64,000 bases of DNA from a bacterium. Its GTDB lineage: Bacteria; Zhuqueibacterota; Zhuqueibacteria; Residuimicrobiales; Krinioviventaceae. Within the stretch, counting starts at the first letter, position 1, and each line of letters starts with the position of its first letter. Made by a program: the position numbers and the translations under genes. This document shows positions 49,617-57,351 of this stretch, in pieces. A model generated the notes under the pieces. It did no database searches. It had not been told where the DNA came from and worked only from the letters and a program-made list of their open reading frames with translations. The stretch lies in NCBI GenBank assembly GCA_963674595.2, contig CAXXFV010000023.1:768001-832000 (forward strand), read 5' to 3'.

Positions 49617-49955
49617 ATGAGAAGTTCTGCATTGGAAAGTGAAGGTCTGTACCCACAAACCAGGAAACCTGATCCTTCTTTGTTAAACCTGTCTTTAGGG
49701 ATATTGCTCCAGGCTTTCCGGGATATAGTTGCACCCAAAAAGACTTCAAATAAAGAGTGGGAAGAATGGCGTCAGGACGCCCTGGACTGGTTCTATTCCT
49801 ACGAAAATCAGCCGGGCAGCTTTCACTGGGTTTGTGAAGTCCTGGAGATGAGTCCTAATGAATTAAGGGGATGGTTGCAGGAATACAGGCAGAGTACAGC
49901 CAAACAGAAAAAAGAAATGGCAAGAAAGCTTACTCGATTCCAGATCCGCCATTGA
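49617..49955 (+). CDS. Hypothetical small helical protein
   Basis: 112-aa ORF after an AT-rich promoter region; ILLQAFRD...ALDWF...SFHWVCEVL. Confidence 0.7.
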   Translation: MRSSALESEGLYPQTRKPDPSLLNLSLGILLQAFRDIVAPKKTSNKEWEEWRQDALDWFYSYENQPGSFHWVCEVLEMSPNELRGWLQEYRQSTAKQKKEMARKLTRFQIRH

Positions 49956-50049
49956 TTTTCAGAAACCCTTCTTTATACTTGTTTTATGACAGGCACTCCG
50001 CAACATCAGGGAGTGCCTGCATTTTTTTGGCGCTGCTGGAAATGATGAA

Positions 50050-50955
50050 ATGAGTTTTTTTGGTCTCTTCATACTCAGCCTGTTTGCGACCTATGTCATA
50101 ATTTTTTTTACGGCAATTCATCACCTTCGCAAAAAACAGGCCCGGCGCGTTAATCTCCCCGAAAAAGAAAATATTTCCTTTAATGAGATCAAAAACGATT
50201 ACCCCCTCCTGGAAGTAATCAATGTCAAGAAATCTTTCGAAAATCCAGTCCTGAAAGGTATTTCTTTCCAGGTCATGCCGGGACAGACCCTGGGTATACT
50301 TGGCCGCAGCGGTACCGGTAAAAGTGTTCTCCTCAAACTGATAGCCGGATTCCTTAAACCTGATTCCGGGGAAATTATCTACAGGGGAGTAGGAATTCGC
50401 AATTTTAACGAAGAAAAGCTGCTTACCCTCCGCAAGGAAGTCTCCTATGTATTTCAGAGCGGAGCCATATTTGATTTCTTTAATGTTCGGGAAAATGTAG
50501 CCTTCCCCCTGAGAGAAAGGGGAGAGCTCTCCGATAAGGAAATCGAAGACCGGGTAGACTACCTTCTTGAGGCCGTGGAAATGGAAGGCATGGGACACCT
50601 GTTAGTAACTGAACTGGGCGTAGGTGCTAAAAAACAGGTGGCTATTGCCCGAGCCCTGGCAACCAATCCCAACCTGATTCTCTACGATGAACCTACAACC
50701 GGAACCGATCCTCTTATCGGGAAATCCATCAGCGCCCTGATCAGAAAACTGAGCAAACAGGAACAGATAACATCCATAGTAGTCACCCATGATATGAGAT
50801 GCCTGGAAACCGTTTCTGATCGCATTATCCTGCTCAAGGACGGACTGCTTCACTTCTCAGGTATCGCCAATGACTTCAGAACTTCAGAGGACGCGTTCGT
50901 CACCGCATTCAGGGAAGGACGTCTTTTCAAGGAAGCCCCAGCCGCCGGAATATAG
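50050..50955 (+). CDS. MlaF/Mkl-like ABC ATP-binding protein with an N-terminal TM helix
   Basis: GRSGTGKSVLLK, YVFQSGAIFD, ENVAFPLRE, LYDEPTTG, VTHD; signature motif degenerate (LGVGAKKQ). Confidence 0.85.
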   Translation: MSFFGLFILSLFATYVIIFFTAIHHLRKKQARRVNLPEKENISFNEIKNDYPLLEVINVKKSFENPVLKGISFQVMPGQTLGILGRSGTGKSVLLKLIAGFLKPDSGEIIYRGVGIRNFNEEKLLTLRKEVSYVFQSGAIFDFFNVRENVAFPLRERGELSDKEIEDRVDYLLEAVEMEGMGHLLVTELGVGAKKQVAIARALATNPNLILYDEPTTGTDPLIGKSISALIRKLSKQEQITSIVVTHDMRCLETVSDRIILLKDGLLHFSGIANDFRTSEDAFVTAFREGRLFKEAPAAGI

Positions 50956-51031
50956 ACGCTTTATCAGAAAAACCTCATCACCTGGTAAAAATCTCTCTGC
51001 TCTGTCTACTGTTTTTCAAGCCTGCCGTTTT

Positions 51032-51250
51032 TCAACTTCCGGGATTGTAATCAGGAGGGGGAAGCAGAAGCCAGAGAATTATGTATACCACAATGCCGGG
51101 AAACATAACGCTGACCACTGAAATCAGGACATAGGCAATCCGAACCCGGTTAGGGGAAAGCCAGCCCAGGTATTCCGCTATTCCAGCGCACACTCCGGCA
51201 ACCATCTGATCACTAGACCTCTTTAATATTTTTTTCTGACCTTCTGCCAT
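51032..51250 (-). CDS. PspC domain protein
   Basis: LKRSSDQMVAGVCAGIAEYLG...VRIAYV...YIILWLLLP. Confidence 0.9.
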   Translation of the reverse strand: MAEGQKKILKRSSDQMVAGVCAGIAEYLGWLSPNRVRIAYVLISVVSVMFPGIVVYIILWLLLPPPDYNPGS

Positions 51251-51540
51251 TTTGGTTCTCCATAAAGCCATACTGAGTACTCCGGCACCGCATCGATACC
51301 GGCCTGGTTTAATTATCACTCTTCAATATAGAACGAAGAATCTAAAATCCAGTAAGAAATATTGTTCAAGGCTGTCAATCTCACTTAGGGAAGACTCTCA
51401 CCTGGCAACAGGTACTTAAGTTTTAAAAATTTCAAATAAGAAGCATTTTGTAAAAAACCACACTGACAAATGTCTTCCAGGGGACTGGAAAAATTGAATT
51501 TACCTGGAAGGTTCAGATATATTATTGACCAGAAATCTCC

Positions 51541-51592
51541 AGGGATGGAGTCCCCTGCATATAAGTGCCATGGTCGGGCTGATGACTCCTGC
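51541..51592 (+). promoter_or_regulatory. Fluoride riboswitch (crcB motif)
   Basis: GGGATGGAGTCCCC...GCTGATGACTCCTGC matches the GATGGAGT.../GCTRATGACTCCT consensus; upstream of crcB; a downstream GGAGTC near 51671 can pair with GACTCC. Confidence 0.9.
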
Positions 51593-51700
51593 CACGCAGA
51601 CTCCTTCGCCAGTGCTGGTTCTTCGGTTTTTCCGAAAAAGTTCACTGCATTTTTTTCTGCGTAATGACCGGGAGTCTCATTCTGAACAAAGGATTCAATT

Positions 51701-52078
51701 ATGACTCATAAACTCATATTACTTGGCCTGGCCGGAGCGCTGGGCACATTGTCCAGGTATGGGCTGGCAGGTTTTGTACACCGTTTCATCGGCCCATCCT
51801 TTCCCTGGGGAACCTTTTCGGTCAATATAATCGGCTGCTTCATGGCAGGACTGCTTTGGGCATTATTCGAGAGCCGATGGCCGGTCTCAGGAGAAACAAG
51901 AACAATAATCCTTGTCGGTTTCATGGGTGCTTTTACAACATTTTCAGCGATGATCCTGGAAACCAGCGAGTTAATGCGCTCTGCGGAATGGTTGTATGCG
52001 GCTGGCAACCTGAGCCTGCAGAATGGCGTCGGATTCGCAGCCATATTCGCTGGAACAGCCCTGGGCAGGATGATTTAG
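51701..52078 (+). CDS. crcB: Fluoride efflux channel Fluc/CrcB
   Basis: GALGTLSRY, FPWGTFSVNIIGCF, GFMGAFTTFS. Confidence 0.97.
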   Translation: MTHKLILLGLAGALGTLSRYGLAGFVHRFIGPSFPWGTFSVNIIGCFMAGLLWALFESRWPVSGETRTIILVGFMGAFTTFSAMILETSELMRSAEWLYAAGNLSLQNGVGFAAIFAGTALGRMI

Positions 52079-52127
52079 AAATCCTGGCAGTCTACAGGTG
52101 TAATATAAAGTTTTAGAGGAGAGAAAA

Positions 52128-52472
52128 ATGGAACTCCCATCTGAAGCCTTGTTGCTGCGAATTTTTATCGGTGAAAGCGACAAATCCGGAAACAGGCCTC
52201 TTTATGAATTGATTGTTGAAGAGGCTCGCAAGTCAGGCATGGCCGGCGCCACCGTTTTAAGGGGATGCCTGGGATTCGGGGCCACCAGCCGCATCCATAC
52301 CTCCAAGGTATTAAGGTTGTCCGAAGATCTGCCCATGGTAGTGGAAATCGTCGATGCCAAGGCCAAAATCGAAGCTCTTCTGCCGAAACTGGACAGTATG
52401 ATCACTGAAGGATTGATCACCCTGGAAAAGGTCCGGATCATCGCCTACCGGCATAGTTCAAAAGAAAAGTAA
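52128..52472 (+). CDS. DUF190 (PII-like) protein
   Basis: LLRIFIGESD, AGATVLRG..GFG, LSEDLP; commonly adjacent to crcB. Confidence 0.93.
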   Translation: MELPSEALLLRIFIGESDKSGNRPLYELIVEEARKSGMAGATVLRGCLGFGATSRIHTSKVLRLSEDLPMVVEIVDAKAKIEALLPKLDSMITEGLITLEKVRIIAYRHSSKEK

Positions 52473-52504
52473 CAGGGGGCAGGTCACAGGTAGTAGAAAT
52501 TTAA

Positions 52505-52539
52505 AACCCGGAACCTGCAACCCGCAACCCGCAACTATT
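52505..52539 (-). repeat. Heptamer array (TTGCGGG)n after the stop of LRR gene 1
   Basis: Minus strand reads aatag ttgcggg ttgcggg ttgcagg ttccggg. Confidence 0.8.
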
Positions 52540-55497
52540 TCAATCAAACATTGGCTCCAACCTGGTGGTTGGGGGGATGGCCGCCATGTAACGCAGCGAC
52601 CTGTCTCCGAAGAGCTGCTGGCCCGCGATCGGCTGGTCACTCTGGATCCTGATGAATCCGCCTGACTGGGTCGGGAATGCCGGCCATACGTCAGGGTCAG
52701 TCAGGGTCCTGGCAATTCTTTCGCCCGGATCAAGCACCAGGGTCTTTTCCGCAACCTTCCCCTCATCAACCCCGAATGCCTCAATCAACACGGTTGCTGT
52801 TTCGTCTCCGGGATTGTAAAAGGCAAACCCGGTAAATACCGTGTCCAGGTTGGAAATATGGTTGAATACTGCTTCCTGGAACAGCCTGTCCTGCAGGGGC
52901 AGGGACATGGCGTATTCCATGGTATCGCCATCAGCAAAAATAATATCCCCGATGATGCCTCCCATTTCAGTTTCAACAACCAGGGAGCCGGTATGGATGA
53001 CACCCTCACCTTCCAGGCCGAATAGTGTTCCAATGTCGGCACGATAGATGGACCGCATGGGTATATTCACCTGGACGGGATCAGCCAGGGGATTTCCGTT
53101 ATCCCCGATGGCGGTCAGGGTCACCAATCTATCGGATTGTTCAGTGTTAACCAGCCGCAGGTTGGTTACGATATTGGATCCATGAGCCAGCTGGGCTGAA
53201 TAAAGTTTAGTGGCAGGTGTCCGTTCCACCGCGTTCATTCCCAGGGCGGTTCGCACCCCGGGAAATTCAATTCGGGAAAAGCCCACCACTCCCGGCCCTT
53301 CCGTCACCTCGATATCCATGTAGGCATTGATGATTCCCTGGTTGGGGTAAATCAGATCTCCATAGTCTCCCGCGATGAAACCCATGGGAGGAATGGTGTG
53401 GGACCTTATGGAATATCCATTGGAACCCTTTAAAGTGCATTGGATTGTAACTTCTTCATCAGTCGGATTGACAATACACATCTGAATCTCAGGCTGCCAG
53501 CCGGCAAAGAATCCTTCATCCAGGGGCCTGGTGAAAAAGAGCCTCTTTGCATAATGAGACTGGGATTCCGCTCCATCCAGCATTTGCGTATCGCTCACTC
53601 CATACAGGAAGATGCTTCCCATCTTATTGCTGTTCTCAGCCCTCAGTTCAATCCAGGAGAAATCAGTGTGATAAGGATCTCCGTGAAAGAATTCCCAACC
53701 CAGTTTACTCATCTGCCTTCCGGCATTGACCACCTGGTGGTTCTGGCCCTGGGGCTCCATGACTCCATTTGGGTCATAAGCCGCAAGGTCAAGATTAAAG
53801 GCAGAGTCCCCGAAATTGGAAACAACTACCCCGGTAAAATACCCGGGAGCCTGTTTCCAAGCCGGGATAAAAGCCCGGGACAGGGTTCCGGCAACAGCGG
53901 CAGCGGTTTCAGCGCCCTGGCTCTCCAGGTTATTCTGGTTAAGGCTATGAGCCCAGGTAACCGCGTTGACCCGGAATTCATACTCAACACCTGGTTCGAG
54001 ATTGGCTACGGTCAGTTCGGAGCTGTCCTTATCAGCGGCCATCCCGTAATAATTGAAATCAGGATCACCAGCCTGCCGGTAATAGACCTTGTATCCGCCT
54101 TCATTACTGGTGTATGAAATCGGATCCCATGAGACCCTGACCCGGTTTTCCTCGGTTCCAGAGATCTCAGTTACTTCTGCCGTAACACTCTCAGGTTCAA
54201 TGGTCTGGGTATCCAGGAAGTGCCCGGAATGCTTGGTTTCCATGGCGGCCAGGATTGCGGGATTATCAGTGTACAGGCAATTCCAGCTTAAATTCAGGGT
54301 ATCGGGAGGGGTGGCCAGGAAGGCCGGAAGGCCGCCGGAAAGTTTATTGGCGTAGAGGTCCAATCTCTCGAGATTGCCCAGGTTGCCGAGTTCAGCAGGG
54401 ATCTCACCGCTTAAGCTATTGGAGGAGAGGTCTAGTCTCTCGAGGCTGGTCAGGTTTCCAAGTTCTGCTGGTATTTCACCACTTAAATTATCCCTGAAAA
54501 GGACTAACTGCCTAAGACGGGTCAGGTTACCCAGTCCCGGAGGGATCTCCCCATCCAGGCTGTTGTTACTAAGGAACAGTTTTTCCAGGTTGACAAGGCT
54601 GCCAAACTGGGAAGGAATGGGTCCAGTGAAATTATTGTCACTGAGGTACAATTGTTCTAAGCCATGCATATTTCCCAGTCCCTCCGGAATCTCACCAGTC
54701 AATTCATTACTATTGAGCCAGAGTACTCTCAACCCGGTAAGGCTGACGACTTCCACCGGGATCTCACCGGTCAGCGCGCAGTTAGACAAACCCAGGCAGG
54801 TCAGGTTTGCCAGGTTGCCCAGTTCAGGCGGAATTATTCCTCCCAGGCTGTTACCGTCCAGGTACAAAATATCCAGCTCTGCCAGATTCCCCAGTTCCGG
54901 AGGAATTCCACCAGTCAGTTTGTTTGTAAGTAGGTATAGGGCTTCTAGATTCACAAGGTTGCCCAGCTCAGGCGGAATCTCCCCGGTCAGCTGGTTAACC
55001 ATTAAACAAAGTTCCCTCAGGTTTACCAGGCCACAGAGTTCCAGGGGAACAGGTCCGGTCAGCGCGTTTTGACTCAGATTCAAAATCTCAAGATTGTCCA
55101 GGCTTCCTAATGTGGAAGGGATGTTGCCTGTCAGGTCATTGGAAAAAAGATACAACCGCTCCAGGCCGGAAAGATCCCCCAGTTCCTCAGGGATGGGCCC
55201 AGTCAGGCCATTATTACCGATGTAAATCTCCACTACATGTCCACTCTCAACCGTAATTCCATACCAGTCATCGACTGGTTCAGCGGAAAGCCAGTTGGTG
55301 TTGTCTGTCCACCCGGAGCCCCCCGTACCATTGTACAGCGCATACAGGGCCTGGCATTCCGCATCCGGAATTCCGGTGCAGGTCTGGGCGGCGGCTGAAG
55401 GAACTGCTCCTGAAATCACTACTGATAAAATAAGAAATCCCAAAACATGCAGTCTTCTAAAGGGAAACAGAGACCCGTCATAGGTTGGATGGCACAT
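52540..55497 (-). CDS. Exported LRR protein 1: N-cap + 13 plant-type 24-aa LRRs + FN3 + four C-terminal beta-rich modules
   Basis: Signal peptide; ECQALYALYNGTGG..W..WL..W.G cap; LxxLxLxxNxLTGxIPxELGNL repeats; FN3 (VSWD, YKVYY, LEPGVEYEFRV); RBS aaggaaggt before ATG 55497. Confidence 0.92.
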   Translation of the reverse strand: MCHPTYDGSLFPFRRLHVLGFLILSVVISGAVPSAAAQTCTGIPDAECQALYALYNGTGGSGWTDNTNWLSAEPVDDWYGITVESGHVVEIYIGNNGLTGPIPEELGDLSGLERLYLFSNDLTGNIPSTLGSLDNLEILNLSQNALTGPVPLELCGLVNLRELCLMVNQLTGEIPPELGNLVNLEALYLLTNKLTGGIPPELGNLAELDILYLDGNSLGGIIPPELGNLANLTCLGLSNCALTGEIPVEVVSLTGLRVLWLNSNELTGEIPEGLGNMHGLEQLYLSDNNFTGPIPSQFGSLVNLEKLFLSNNSLDGEIPPGLGNLTRLRQLVLFRDNLSGEIPAELGNLTSLERLDLSSNSLSGEIPAELGNLGNLERLDLYANKLSGGLPAFLATPPDTLNLSWNCLYTDNPAILAAMETKHSGHFLDTQTIEPESVTAEVTEISGTEENRVRVSWDPISYTSNEGGYKVYYRQAGDPDFNYYGMAADKDSSELTVANLEPGVEYEFRVNAVTWAHSLNQNNLESQGAETAAAVAGTLSRAFIPAWKQAPGYFTGVVVSNFGDSAFNLDLAAYDPNGVMEPQGQNHQVVNAGRQMSKLGWEFFHGDPYHTDFSWIELRAENSNKMGSIFLYGVSDTQMLDGAESQSHYAKRLFFTRPLDEGFFAGWQPEIQMCIVNPTDEEVTIQCTLKGSNGYSIRSHTIPPMGFIAGDYGDLIYPNQGIINAYMDIEVTEGPGVVGFSRIEFPGVRTALGMNAVERTPATKLYSAQLAHGSNIVTNLRLVNTEQSDRLVTLTAIGDNGNPLADPVQVNIPMRSIYRADIGTLFGLEGEGVIHTGSLVVETEMGGIIGDIIFADGDTMEYAMSLPLQDRLFQEAVFNHISNLDTVFTGFAFYNPGDETATVLIEAFGVDEGKVAEKTLVLDPGERIARTLTDPDVWPAFPTQSGGFIRIQSDQPIAGQQLFGDRSLRYMAAIPPTTRLEPMFD

Positions 55498-57351
55498 GAT
55501 CACCTTCCTTTTTTATTCAATTGTCAGGTTGGCAGCTCAACCAGCCCATATTCAGTAAAACTGGTTAAACACCAATATTGAATTCATTAATCAGAAATTT
55601 ATTCCTCAATCGTCAATCGTCAATCGTCAATCGTCAATTGATAAACATGCCTTCCAACCTGGTGGTTGGGGGGATGGCCGCCATGTAACGCAGCGACCTG
55701 TCTCCGAAGAGCTGCTGGCCCGCGATCGGCTGGTCACTCTGGATCCTGATGAATCCGCCTGACTGGGTCGGGAATGCCGGCCATACGTCAGGGTCAGTCA
55801 GGGTCCTGGCAATTCTTTCGCCCGGATCAAGCACCAGGGTCTTTTCCGCAACCTTCCCCTCATCAACCCCGAATGCCTCAATCAGCACGGTTGCTGTTTC
55901 GTCTCCGGGATTGTAAAAGGCAAACCCGGTAAATACCGTGTCCAGGTTGGAAATATGGTTGAATACTGCTTCCTGGAACAGCCTGTCCTGCAGGGGCAGG
56001 GACATGGCGTATTCCATGGTATCGCCATCGGCAAAAATAATATCCCCGATGATGCCTCCCATTTCAGTTTCAACAACCAGGGAGCCGGTATGGATGACAC
56101 CCTCACCTTCCAGGCCGAATAGTGTTCCAATGTCGGCACGATAGATGGACCGCATGGGTATATTCACCTGGACGGGATCAGCCAGGGGATTTCCGTTATC
56201 CCCGATGGCGGTCAGGGTCACAATTCTACTGGATAATTCAGTGTTGACCAGCCGCAGGTTGGTTACGATATTGGATCCATGAGCCAGCTGGGCTGAATAA
56301 AGTTTAGTGGCAGGTGTCCGTTCCACCGCGTTCATTCCCAGGGCGGTTCGCACCCCGGGAAATTCAATTCGGGAAAAGCCCACCACTCCCGGCCCTTCCG
56401 TCACCTCAATATCCATGTAGGCATTGATGATTCCCTGGTTGGGGTAAATCAGATCTCCATAGTCTCCCGCGATGAAACCCATGGGAGGAATGGTGTGGGA
56501 CCTTATGGAATATCCATTGGAACCCTTTAAAGTGCATTGGATTGTAACTTCTTCATCAGTCGGATTGACAATACACATCTGAATCTCAGGCTGCCAGCCG
56601 GCAAAGAATCCTTCATCCAGGGGCCTGGTGAAAAAGAGCCTCTTTGCATAATGAGACTGGGATTCCGCTCCATCCAGCATTTGCGTATCGCTCACTCCAT
56701 ACAGGAAGATGCTTCCCATCTTATTGCTGTTCTCAGCCCCCAGTTCAATCCAGGAGAAATCAGTGTGATAAGGATCTCCGTGAAAGAATTCCCAACCCAG
56801 TTTACTCATCTGCCGTCCGGCATTGACAACCTGATGGTTCTGGCCCTGGGGCTCCATGACTCCATTTGGGTCATAAGCCGCAAGGTCAAGATTAAAGGCA
56901 GAGTCCCCGAAATTGGAAACCACCACCCCGGTAAAATACCCGGGAGCCTGTTTCCAGTTTGGGATAAAAGCCCGGGACAGGGTTCCGGCAACGGCGGCAG
57001 CGGTTTCGCTGCCCTGGCTCTCCAGGTTATTCTGGTTAAGGCTATGAGCCCAGGTAACCGCGTTGACCCGGAATTCATACTCAACACCTGGTTCGAGATT
57101 GGCTACGGTCAGTTCGGAGCTGTCCTTATCAGCGGCCATCCCGTAATAATAGAAATCAGGATCACCAGCTTGCCGGTAATAGACCTTGTATCCTCCTTCA
57201 TTACTGGTGTATGAAATCGGATCCCATGAGACCCTGACCCGGTTTTCCTCGGTTCCCGAGATTTCAGTTACTTCTGCCGTAACATTCTCCGGTTCAATGG
57301 TCTGGGTATCCAGGAAGTGCCCGGAATGCTTGGTTTCCATGGCGGCCAGGA
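52556..57351. repeat. Near-identical 1699-bp direct repeat (52556-54254 and 55653-57351); 159-bp repeat at 55231-55389 and 58328-58486
   Basis: Direct comparison; both blocks and the start codons sit at a constant offset of 3097 bp. Confidence 0.95.
55606..55637 (-). repeat. Heptamer array (TTGACGA)4 that supplies the stop codon of LRR gene 2
   Basis: tcaatcg x4 + tcaa; the TGA at 55634-55636 is part of the first repeat unit. Confidence 0.9.

Noticed and set aside
49984-50598. 204-aa minus-strand ORF, and similar overlapping ORFs such as 4464-4976, 46207-46830, 53440-54117 and 56537-57214
   Set aside because: They lie antisense to confidently identified genes and show no recognisable motifs.
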